Shown in pieces: positions 27,314 to 36,445 of a DNA stretch of 64,000 nucleotides (position 1 is its first letter; each line of letters opens with the position of its first letter). This stretch comes from Porphyridium purpureum (taxonomy: Eukaryota). Position numbers and translations under genes: made by a program. The notes under the pieces are model-generated. The model had not been told where the DNA came from. It ran no database searches and saw only the letters and a list, made by a program, of their open reading frames with translations. The stretch covers positions 2,170,001 to 2,234,000 of the forward strand of contig VRMN01000002.1 of NCBI GenBank assembly GCA_008690995.1, written 5' to 3'.

Positions 27314-28336
27314 TCCGTGCACCCGTGCGCTGCTGCCGCTGGCGGTACCCAAGTCCATTGGCACCGGACCATGCTGGTTATAGTTCATCTGGGGGTGGTA
27401 TGCAGGCTGCATGGCTGACGGGTACGTGCGTGCTGTGATGGGCTGCTGGTCTCGACCACGCTTAAATATGACTTTGTCGGCAACTAAAGCCAAACGCAAA
27501 GCGTCGTCATAGGTGGGAGGGAAGTGAAGCGCTACGTGAGTGGCAATAGAAGTGTCAAGAGATTCTGTAAAATAGTGAAGTTTATCTTTGTCTACCAAAT
27601 TTGGTATACGCAGACAAACTTCACTAAATGCAGCTTCAAAATCTTGGACACTCATTGCACCCTGCTTCATCTTTTGCAGTTCATCCCGCACGTCATTTTC
27701 TGTTTCTTTTGGCTCGAAGCGCCGCTGAAGCGCGAGCAGAAACTCTTCTACCGAGGTGGGTCTCTGATCAGGTTGTAATGCCTGGTACCAGAGTTGCGCC
27801 AATCCGAAGAGGTGAGTCGAAAGCGTCGACACTGCTTCCTCTTCCTCGGTTTCCGTCCAAAGACGGCCCTGCGACCGCCAATCCGAGCGCGCCGGGTTGT
27901 ACACCCGCGAACGCGCTGCTGCCGTCCAGGTCATAATGGCCGCAGTGGATCGCTCGCCGCCATAGTACAGCATGGCCGCAGGGCGCATGCAGCTCGGCAA
28001 AGCGCCACTTCCACCGGATCCATCGCGAAGCGCCCTCAGACGAACGTTCTCGCTCCGCAGCTCGGCGAGCTCACTCTGAACAATCGCCGTCCGGGTATTC
28101 AGTTCGGTCGCCATCTTGGCGCCGAATTCCTCCGAGAGTTGGCGATGCATTTGGGCGTATGCCGCATTCAGCATCGCCGCCATCTCTCGTTTCGTTTCCT
28201 CGCGCGCGGACTCGCGCCGCGCACTTGCTGCCGCGCCAAGGCGGGTTGCCGAGGCGTTTGCACCACCGCGTGCCGGCGACGGTGTTGCTGGGGTACTAGC
28301 ACCCGCAGCCCTATCCATGTCATATTCCATGACCAA
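27245..28336 (-). CDS. Element A unit 3 truncated Gag (capsid region intact, no NC), ending in about 22 codons derived from the B LTR
   Basis: Identical to the unit 2 N-terminus through GPVPMDLG...ARVHG, then reads into the B LTR to a stop. Confidence 0.8.
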   Translation of the reverse strand: MVMEYDMDRAAGASTPATPSPARGGANASATRLGAAASARRESAREETKREMAAMLNAAYAQMHRQLSEEFGAKMATELNTRTAIVQSELAELRSENVRLRALRDGSGGSGALPSCMRPAAMLYYGGERSTAAIMTWTAAARSRVYNPARSDWRSQGRLWTETEEEEAVSTLSTHLFGLAQLWYQALQPDQRPTSVEEFLLALQRRFEPKETENDVRDELQKMKQGAMSVQDFEAAFSEVCLRIPNLVDKDKLHYFTESLDTSIATHVALHFPPTYDDALRLALVADKVIFKRGRDQQPITARTYPSAMQPAYHPQMNYNQHGPVPMDLGTASGSSARVHGCHDSLSPPYPSTHCTALPRTVP

Positions 28337-28582
28337 ACACTGGGCGCGTCGCGCTCACCAGTTGCGCTTCGAGCGCCTCTTTTTTCCTTCTCGATGTTCG
28401 CGGCGCCGATCAGCGTCTTGGCTGTCGCGCTGCCACAGTCGCTTTTCCAAAGCGTGATCGAGGGTAGAGTTGGGGAATGACCGAATGATAGAAACACTAC
28501 CACAATAGGTGGTTAGTCAAGCAAGCAAGAAGAAGAAAGATGAGGGAAACACCGCAGCGCAAAGGCTGGGCTCATAACCCTT

Positions 28583-28877
28583 TGATGATAGCGTCTTCGT
28601 GAAGCACGCGTATACCAAACGTGTACCAATAGTAAACTACTGGTGGCTAGCTGAAGCAAGAGGTCCACAACAAGACGACTTTACTCCTTAACACAACCTA
28701 GCTCTTGCCTCAAAAGGAGACAGAGCGCCGACTCGTCGGCCGTCTCTCACACTCTAATGATATACTACTGTGGTTAACCATTACGGTCACCAACCAACGG
28801 AGAGTTGTCATCATTAAGTATTTGATGACTCCTCATCACGTCATCAGGCAGGCAGAGAGGGATGACTATATTCCACG
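28583..28877 (-). repeat. Outermost 5' LTR of the A array (2 nt shorter than the internal LTRs as defined here)
   Basis: Matches 4521-4815; identity ends at ...TTCCACG and unique sequence ATAGTG follows. Confidence 0.9.
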
Positions 28878-28891
28878 ATAGTGTACACGCA

Positions 28892-28924
28892 TGAGGTTCA
28901 GTTGAGGTTCAGTTGAGGTTCAGT
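28892..28924. repeat. 11-bp tandem repeat (TGAGGTTCAGT)x3 next to the array boundary
   Basis: Direct reading of the sequence. Confidence 0.9.
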
Positions 28925-29009
28925 TTGGGTCTTGCGTGTTTGTAGCTCGAGGCGCAAATGGCTCGGGAACGAGAAGGTTGGTGGAAAGAGGAGCAGCAGG
29001 TCAGTGAGG

Positions 29010-30896
29010 ATGGCGTTGTTCGTGGCGAGTTGTGCGTTGGATGCGAGGCATTCTGCAAGCAGCAGATCGTGCGGCGCGCGCAACTATGTGGACGACCGTT
29101 TGTGTGCGCGGCAGGCTGTGAGAAAGTGCGCGCGGCCACGAGGGATGGTGAGGTCGCGCGGGTTCCGCGTGACGTGCATGGGTCTCAGCGCAGCTGAGCC
29201 AGAAGATAGGCCAGGAGGGGGCGTGCAGCCTGAGTCAAAGGTACGCAGACAGGTCGTGGTCGTTGGAGCGGGGTGGGCAGGATGGGGCGCAGCCAAGGCG
29301 CTCGTCGAGACGCGCCCGGACTGCTTTGTGACTTTGGTTGACGGGCTCAGTGACCCCGCCGGCCAGTACGATATGCAAACGCCCGACGGCCTTCCGTTTG
29401 AGGCAGGCACGCGCGGGTTCTGGAAGGATTACCCAAACATCAATGCGCTGGTTGATGAGCTGGGCCTGGATCAGGAACAGGTGTTCACAGAGTGCACGCC
29501 GTCGTGCTTTTACGGGCCCGAGGGGCTCGAGGCTACTGCGCCAGTGTTTGGAAATTCGCAATTTCCCAAATTACCGTCGCCGCTGGGACAAGTTGCCGCC
29601 ACGCTCACGAATTTTGAGCGGCTACCCGTGGCAGATCGCGTGAGCATGCTGGGACTCCTGTACGCTATGCTCGACTTTACGCGCGATGAGCAAACTTTCG
29701 AAAAGTACGATCGCATGACTGCGCACGAGCTGTTTTTGCGCTTTGGTGTGTCCAAGCGGCTCGTGTCCGACTTTCTCGCGCCAACTCTGCTTGTAGGCCT
29801 GTTCAAGCCACCTGAGGAGCTTTCCGCCGCCGTTTGTATGGAGCTCTTGTACTTTTACGCGCTCGCGCACCAAGAGAGTTTTGATGTGCGCTGGATACGC
29901 TCCACGCGAACGATTGCTCAAAACCTGTTTGCGCCTCTGTATGATAAGCTGCGCGCCACCGGTCGCTTCGAGCTCATGCCGGCCACATTCGTGACTGGCA
30001 TCGACGTGGATGTGGACGAGCGTGGGCGTCGACGTGTCACAGAAATTCGGTACGCACCAAACCGCAGCGCTTCCAGCGTCGATAATGGAAACGTTATTCG
30101 TGGCGCCAACAGCATAGCGGCTGACGGTGTTGTGCTTGCCGTGGGGGCGAAGGGGCTCAACGCCATCATGCGCGGCAGCCCAAATCTAGCTCAAAGCGCC
30201 AAGTCGCTAAACCGCGCGGCAAGCCTTGGTGCGATTGATTGCTGCGCCGTTCGGCTGTGGCTCGATCGGACGGTGGCTACAAGGGCGCCGGCAAACGTGC
30301 TTTCGCGTATGGACGCTCTGAACGGCGCTGGAGGAACTTTTTTTATGCTAGACCAGTTTCAAAACGTCACTGAGCTGTGGGCACCGCACAATGTGCAGGG
30401 CTCAGTGCTGGCATGCGATTTTTACAATGCCGGCGGAATCTTGCCGCTGAGCGATTCTGAAATTGTGCGCATTTTGATGGAGGAGCTGCTGCCACCCGCA
30501 GTGCCTGAATTTGCGCAGGCTCGCGTCGTTTTTTCTCACGTGCAGCGATTCCCAGGCGCCGTGAGCCATTTCTCACCGGGCTCGTACCCATCAAGGCCAA
30601 CCATCCGGGTGCCTGGCATTGCAAACCTCGTATGTGCTGGAGATTGGGTGCGGATGCAGGAGCTGGAGCACGGCGCAAAGGGGCTGTGCCAGGAACGTGC
30701 TTATGTGAGCGGTCTACACGCGGCTAATGTACTGGGTTCCGAGGCGCTGGAAAAGGCATCGAGTGGACCATTAGCTGCGCACACCGTTCTACCTGTCCGC
30801 GCTGACGAGCCGCAAGTCCAGCTTGGGCGTCTCGCAAACAGTGCGCTGATGCGATTGCTGCGCCCGATCGGCCTTGACAGCCCATGGGTCCGGTAG
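29010..30896 (+). CDS. Flavin-containing amine oxidase / carotene-desaturase-like oxidoreductase, probably plastid-targeted
   Basis: Rossmann motif VVVVGAGWAGWGAA; EAGTRGFWKDYPNI; C-terminal NLVCAGDWV...QERAYVSGLHAAN; Ser/Arg-rich presequence starting MALFV. Start moved to the first ATG. Confidence 0.82.
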   Translation: MALFVASCALDARHSASSRSCGARNYVDDRLCARQAVRKCARPRGMVRSRGFRVTCMGLSAAEPEDRPGGGVQPESKVRRQVVVVGAGWAGWGAAKALVETRPDCFVTLVDGLSDPAGQYDMQTPDGLPFEAGTRGFWKDYPNINALVDELGLDQEQVFTECTPSCFYGPEGLEATAPVFGNSQFPKLPSPLGQVAATLTNFERLPVADRVSMLGLLYAMLDFTRDEQTFEKYDRMTAHELFLRFGVSKRLVSDFLAPTLLVGLFKPPEELSAAVCMELLYFYALAHQESFDVRWIRSTRTIAQNLFAPLYDKLRATGRFELMPATFVTGIDVDVDERGRRRVTEIRYAPNRSASSVDNGNVIRGANSIAADGVVLAVGAKGLNAIMRGSPNLAQSAKSLNRAASLGAIDCCAVRLWLDRTVATRAPANVLSRMDALNGAGGTFFMLDQFQNVTELWAPHNVQGSVLACDFYNAGGILPLSDSEIVRILMEELLPPAVPEFAQARVVFSHVQRFPGAVSHFSPGSYPSRPTIRVPGIANLVCAGDWVRMQELEHGAKGLCQERAYVSGLHAANVLGSEALEKASSGPLAAHTVLPVRADEPQVQLGRLANSALMRLLRPIGLDSPWVR

Positions 30897-31158
30897 ACCT
30901 GAGGATAGACTCGCGGGCACCTCTGACAAAAGAAAAACAAGGGCCGCGGGTTAAAAAAAAAAAGAAAAAAAGAAAAAAAAGGAAAGGGGAAACCATAGCA
31001 AGGGAGCTGGATAGTGTAGAAAAGCTCAATATTCACACATGAACTCGTTTTATCCACAGCATATTTACGGCGTCCTCAAGGCAATACTTCAATCTTACAT
31101 TCACTCCCCCCTCATCACAGACTGATCGTGACATTGCCAAGTCTTTCATCTGCCTACG

Positions 31159-33747
31159 TCACACCGGAGCGCTCTGGATAATTTGCTCCTCTGAGTGGTC
31201 TGGGGATAAGGACTGCGTTTCCGCCTCGCCCACCGAGAAGGTGAGGCCCGGCACGTCCGACGGCTGGATGCGGCGGTATTCGTACCCGCCCTGGCCGTCA
31301 AACTTGAGCAGCATCTCGTGGAAGCGCCAAAGGCTGGGCCGGTGCGACACGGTAATGAGAGAAATTCCCAGATCTTTGGCGCGGGTATACAAAAACCCTT
31401 CGACGTCTAGACTGACGGCGGATGTGCACTCGTCGAGCACGGCGAATGCCGGGCGGTGGAAGAAGAGACGCGCCATCGCGAGACGCTGCTTCTCGCCTCC
31501 GGACAGAACCTCGGACCAGTCCAGCTCCACGTCAAGACCTCCCTTGCGGCGGGCGACCTCCAGCAAATGCACCTCTTCGAGAAGACGCCACATTGTAGCG
31601 TCTGTGGCGAGGTGCTTTGTCTGTGCCTGCTCCCATTGCAATGGATAGATGATTTGGTCGCGCAGCGTGCCGAGTGCGAGGTATGGGCGTTGCGGCACGT
31701 AGAACAGGCGATCACTGCGGGGGCGAATCAATGTACCATAGTAGAGCGGCCAGATTCCCGCGAGCACGCGGAACGTGCTGCTCTTGCCACAGCCGTTTGG
31801 TCCAGTGATGAGCACATTGGTGCCGCGGTGGATTTCCATGTTCAGACTGCGGCACAGCAGGATACGATCGGGAGACACAATGTGCACGTCCACAAACTTG
31901 ACCAGATGATCACCGCCAATAACCAGGCTGCCGGGCACCATGGCACGCTCCACCTTGCGCTGCATAATGAGCTCGTTGGTGCTTGCACTATTAGCGCTGC
32001 TCAGCCCTTCGCTCCATGACAGATCACGGTTGACGTTCTTGGTCTTGCTCTTGATCGCAAGTTTGAGCCTGAGCTCGTGACGCTTTGCGCGCGCCTTTGC
32101 CGCCTCTGCGCTTGCGGCGCGCGACGGCGTACGGTCATCGTCTGAACTGCTGCGGTAAGTGTCGTCAATGCTCTCTGCGCGACGGCCCATCTGCTGGTGC
32201 TCGTCCTCCTTGTCGCTTGGGTGTTCGGCATCCGACGGCTGCAACGACGACGACGACGACGAACCATCAATAGGCTCAATGAGCCGCCGGCTTGCGCGCC
32301 TGGCACCAAGGCCGGCCGGCGTGCGTGGCGACGTGCTACTGTTGTTCGCGAGCCGCTCGGCTTCGACGACTTCGTCCAGCACCATCTGCAGGTCCGCGAC
32401 CCGGCTGCAGTACCCTGTCAGTTTTGTGACTTCCTTGGCTGCAAGCACCAGGCGTCCGATGGCACCAGCGAGCGAGATGAGCAGCCGCGAATTGCGCGTG
32501 TACACACCTGCGATATCAGAGGCGCTCTCCTCCTTCTTCACCTTGGGAGCAGCGTGTGCGATGCCTGCCCCCGGACCCCAGCTCCATGATGCTGGCCACA
32601 GCGACGAGAGCGAAATGGAGTCCGCGAAGAAGACTGGGATGGATACAATGCAGTACCCGACGACAGTGGCGACATACTTGATGAGAATCGAGTCCGCGAT
32701 ACCGATGAACAGGCGATGAGCAAAGATTTTGTGCAAGTGTCTCACGACGCGGGAGAATGCTTCGTTGATGAACATCTTCTCGCGGCCGCCACCTCGGTAG
32801 AACGCGATTTCCTCGCTGTGCACAATGAGGCGCGAATGGTGCAGGCGGTACTCACCTTCGAGGCGCTGCTCATCTGCAGCAAGGCGACCGAATGGCGGCT
32901 GGATGCTACGGAGCACGCCGGACATTGCCATAAAGTATCCAATCATCAGAATCGGGCCGCCCATGCCCAGCGTCTTGCTCAACCGGTACGAGAAGAGCAG
33001 GATGTCCAAAATGGGTTTGGACAAGTTGGAGTACAGGTCGGCCATGGAGCTGGTGAAGCGGTCAATATCTGTGGTCAGCAGCTGGTCGACGTTTCTCATG
33101 CGCTTGTCAAGGTTGGAGATGCGATAAAACGTGTTCGAGCTCAGGTACATTTCGTGGAAGTGCAGACTGAGTCGCTTTCGCATCATCGTCTTGAGTCGCG
33201 AGATGGAGTACTTGAGCAAGTTGTTCACCAGGGCAATGGGAAACATCATGCACAGCAGGTCGCGCACGGCGTGTCTCAAGAACCCCTGTCTGTTTTTGCC
33301 CACAATGGCCTTGACCACCTCTCCGCCATTGTCGCTGGTCCAAACGTCCAAGTAGCTTCGGCAGACAAGCAGCGCCGCGACGGCGACTGCCATGCGGAAC
33401 TCCTTGCTGAGGACGCCTGGAATACAAATCTTGACGAAGCGGAAGAGGGTGCGTGCGAATTCTGCGTCGACGGCGAGATTCTTGCTCCCGCCCGCCTGCT
33501 CCTCCGCCTTCTTCTGCGCGGCGGCGGCGCCGCCGCTGCGTGGCGCGCCAAGCGCGAGCATGTCCGGCGCCTCATTCGCGACGGCGCCCACTGGCACGCT
33601 GCTCGCGCGCGCCGGGAGCATCTGCTTTGCTGCAATGCCCGCGGCCAGCACGCCTGCGGCGAGCGCGACGTACGTGCCCCCGCGCTGCTTGCCAAAGTGG
33701 CCATACTTCTGCCACTTGAGCAGCGCATCTCCCATCACCAGCGGCAT
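31159..33747 (-). CDS. Peroxisomal ABC half-transporter, subfamily D (PMP70/PXA-like)
   Basis: NVDQLLTTDI, SNLSKPILD, EAA-type motif HSEEIAFYRG, Walker A GPNGCGKS, signature LSGGEKQR, Walker B AVLDECTSAV, SHR. Confidence 0.95.
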   Translation of the reverse strand: MPLVMGDALLKWQKYGHFGKQRGGTYVALAAGVLAAGIAAKQMLPARASSVPVGAVANEAPDMLALGAPRSGGAAAAQKKAEEQAGGSKNLAVDAEFARTLFRFVKICIPGVLSKEFRMAVAVAALLVCRSYLDVWTSDNGGEVVKAIVGKNRQGFLRHAVRDLLCMMFPIALVNNLLKYSISRLKTMMRKRLSLHFHEMYLSSNTFYRISNLDKRMRNVDQLLTTDIDRFTSSMADLYSNLSKPILDILLFSYRLSKTLGMGGPILMIGYFMAMSGVLRSIQPPFGRLAADEQRLEGEYRLHHSRLIVHSEEIAFYRGGGREKMFINEAFSRVVRHLHKIFAHRLFIGIADSILIKYVATVVGYCIVSIPVFFADSISLSSLWPASWSWGPGAGIAHAAPKVKKEESASDIAGVYTRNSRLLISLAGAIGRLVLAAKEVTKLTGYCSRVADLQMVLDEVVEAERLANNSSTSPRTPAGLGARRASRRLIEPIDGSSSSSSLQPSDAEHPSDKEDEHQQMGRRAESIDDTYRSSSDDDRTPSRAASAEAAKARAKRHELRLKLAIKSKTKNVNRDLSWSEGLSSANSASTNELIMQRKVERAMVPGSLVIGGDHLVKFVDVHIVSPDRILLCRSLNMEIHRGTNVLITGPNGCGKSSTFRVLAGIWPLYYGTLIRPRSDRLFYVPQRPYLALGTLRDQIIYPLQWEQAQTKHLATDATMWRLLEEVHLLEVARRKGGLDVELDWSEVLSGGEKQRLAMARLFFHRPAFAVLDECTSAVSLDVEGFLYTRAKDLGISLITVSHRPSLWRFHEMLLKFDGQGGYEYRRIQPSDVPGLTFSVGEAETQSLSPDHSEEQIIQSAPV

Positions 33748-33781
33748 CCTACCTGCCCGCCGTCACCACGCGCGTCAATGC

Positions 33782-33824
33782 GTGTGCGTGTGTGTGTGTG
33801 TGTGTGGCTCTCTCTCTCTCTCTC
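33782..33824. repeat. Compound (GT)n-(CT)n microsatellite upstream of the ABCD gene
   Basis: Direct reading. Confidence 0.85.
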
Positions 33825-35023
33825 TTTCCCTTGCCAACCAGTCGCCACCACTCCGTATGCAACGCCACACCGTCACCATCATCTTCTTCTCGTCGTCACA
33901 CGCACGCGACTCACACGCCATCGTCCGTGTCCACTCCAAACCCAGCCAGATATATCACGCACACTTTCATAGGCAAACGCGCGCGTTTTGATAGCGCGCC
34001 GCGCGTGTGCGCACACCGAAACCGCCTTCCAGCCACCGCCCGCTGCTCGCCTCCGTCAGTGAACACGCAATACTGCGCGGCCACGCGTGTACCGCAGCAC
34101 TGTACCGTGAACACACTGGCGAGGCGCGCGCTGACGGTCGGGAGAACCAATCACGGCGCGCGAGAGCGAAAGCAAGAGCGCGTGTGGTGCGCACGATGTG
34201 CGGCATGCAGCATCGACGCGTTGCTGGCCTGCGCTTGCTGGTGGACTCTTGCTCTCGCGCTGTCTCTCTCTCGCTCTGTCTTTCTCACTGTGTCTCGCGT
34301 GCAGGGAGGGGGAAGAGGGAGCTCGCGGCATCGGGATGCAGGGATGTCTGTGTCTGCTGCGTAGGACAACCAAGTGGTGCAGTCACGCGCGAGCGACTCG
34401 TCGTAATTCTACCGCTTTGCTGCACTTCTACGCCTCCTTCTGAATTTGTCGATCGGTGAGTCCCTCCTTCGCTCTTTCCTTCTCTCCTTCTCTCCTTCTC
34501 GCTTCTGCACGCTCCAGCTCACGCGATCGGGATTTCTCGCAGAATTTCCGAATTCGAATCTGCTCGCGCGCGTGAACGGACAAAGCGCGTTCCAGCACGC
34601 ACCGGAACCTGACAAGTGGAGCGCGGAACGTGCGTAGGGCTGCATCTCGCTTCGTTTGGTTCCACAAGGCGTTGACAGAGAGTACCCGGACAGTGTTGTT
34701 GGCATCCTCCGCTGGTCGCGGGCAGCGCACAGTTTTCGCCGAGAAAAAAGTTGTGCAGCGCGCTCCAGGCGTGTCGCCATGCAGAATGGCGGCTATAAGA
34801 CCGCGCGTCGCGCGCGGCGATAACCAAGCTCAGAAGATGCTTACTTGAAGCAGAAAATGTAATCAAGGAGTCTAGAGCTTGTGCTATCAGGTCACAGGCA
34901 AGAACTAGGGGTTGTGAGCAGGTCACAGCAAAAGCATACGGAGGCCGCACGGACCAGACAAGACCAGGACAAGGGTCGAGGGCAGACCGAAACTACTGCG
35001 ACAAAGAATTCCCGAGCATCGCG

Positions 35024-36445
35024 ATGGGCAACATTGTGCTGCGCGCACCGGACACTGCTTTGATCATTTCGGGTGGTGGGCCTAGTGCCAAGCGTGAGTC
35101 GCGCATCCAAATCGGTGGTCGCGTGTTTGTGCCATGGATTTTTTCGCGCTTTGACGAGCTTTCGTTGGAGCTGCGCACAATCAAGGTGGACTCGCGCAAC
35201 GCAAGCACAGTGAATGGCGTGATTGTGACCGTGCAGGGCGTTTGTCAAGTCAAAATCAGTGGATATGTGGAGAACGAGCATGGCCAGCTCATGCAGGACG
35301 CCAACTCGATTCGCCTCGCGGCGCAGCACTTTATCGGCGCCAGCGACGCAGACATTGAGTATGCGGTAGGGTCTACGCTGGAGGGACACCAGCGTGCGAT
35401 TCTGGGTAATCTCTCGGTTGAGGAGATCTATCGTGACCGTCAGGCCTTTGCGGAGCAGGTGCGCAAGCAGGCACAGCCAGACTTTCGTAACATGGGGTTA
35501 GATCTCGTGAGCTACACGCTGGCGAGCATTTCTGACGAGGAGCATTACATTCAGAGCCTTGGTGTCACACAGACCGAGCTGGTCAAGCGCCGCGCGACAG
35601 AGGGCAAGGCGTTGCATGAGTCTGAGGCGCTTTCGCGTGCAGAGGACGAAAGGCTCAAGGCAAAACTCCAGGTCAATATCGCGCACACTCAGGCTGCCGA
35701 GTCGGATGCCGGGCTGTTCATGACGAGGAACAAGCTAAATGAGGAAGTGAAGCGCGGAGAGGCGCGCGTGAGGCTTGCGGAGAAGACCGAGGAGGCTCGT
35801 CAGCGTCAGCAAGTGATCATTGCCGAGGCCGAGCAACGCCGCCTGGATGCCGAGGCACAGGTCAACGTAGAGCAGCTCAAGGCCATGGCATTCAGGCAGA
35901 AGATGGAAATCGAAGCTAAAGCCGAGGCCGACAAGATTACGACGATTGGTGAGGCCGAGGCTCAAGCGCTGCGCGCCAAGATGCTTGTGGACATGGAGAG
36001 GCTCGTGAAGGAGGCTGAGGTGTACAGCATGTACGGCGACGCAGCGATGCGTATCAAGCAGATCGAGGTGATGCCTTTGGTCGCCGAGAAATTGGCAGAG
36101 CCGCTGAATAACACGGGGAAGATTGTGTTCATGGCATCCGGTGGTGGCGGAAGCGGTGGATCGACGAATGGTGGGCCGAGCATGTTTATGCAAGAGATGG
36201 CCAGCTCGATGAGTGTGCTGAACGAGACGTGCGACTCGTTTGCTGGTATTGAAGTGGGCGATTTACTCAAGCGCGCGAGCGACGATCCAAGAAACGCAGT
36301 CGCATTGGCCGCACTCGCCAATTCTTTGTCTGCCATGTCCGCAGCGCGGCGTGCTGGCTCGAGTGATGGAGCTGCTCCGTCAGCGGATCTCGCTAGTGCA
36401 CTAGTATTGGCAAACACGTCAAATGCAGCGCCCGCGGCCGGATAG
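35024..36445 (+). CDS. Flotillin-like SPFH/Band-7 protein
   Basis: PDTALIISG, GGRVFV, TLEGHQRAILG..SVEEIYRDRQAF, AEA-rich coiled coil, IGEAEA. Confidence 0.93.
   Translation: MGNIVLRAPDTALIISGGGPSAKRESRIQIGGRVFVPWIFSRFDELSLELRTIKVDSRNASTVNGVIVTVQGVCQVKISGYVENEHGQLMQDANSIRLAAQHFIGASDADIEYAVGSTLEGHQRAILGNLSVEEIYRDRQAFAEQVRKQAQPDFRNMGLDLVSYTLASISDEEHYIQSLGVTQTELVKRRATEGKALHESEALSRAEDERLKAKLQVNIAHTQAAESDAGLFMTRNKLNEEVKRGEARVRLAEKTEEARQRQQVIIAEAEQRRLDAEAQVNVEQLKAMAFRQKMEIEAKAEADKITTIGEAEAQALRAKMLVDMERLVKEAEVYSMYGDAAMRIKQIEVMPLVAEKLAEPLNNTGKIVFMASGGGGSGGSTNGGPSMFMQEMASSMSVLNETCDSFAGIEVGDLLKRASDDPRNAVALAALANSLSAMSAARRAGSSDGAAPSADLASALVLANTSNAAPAAG

Larger units (their letters stand above)
1..28877 (-). 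mobile_element. Tandem array of LTR retrotransposon A (at least 3 units with shared LTRs, period 5636 bp); unit 3 is interrupted by elements B and C; the array runs off the left edge
   Basis: Sequence and ORF track repeat at an exact +5636 offset (1-4817, 4818-10453, 10454-14527). The missing part of unit 3 resumes at 27314-28877. Each junction reads PBS-LTR-PPT with only one LTR. Confidence 0.95.

Noticed and set aside
20763..28924. Short repeats considered as a CRISPR-like array
   Set aside because: Irregular spacing, degenerate copies, eukaryotic context and no cas genes.
32716..33972. 418-aa plus-strand ORF
   Set aside because: Antisense shadow of the ABCD gene, running through dinucleotide repeats.
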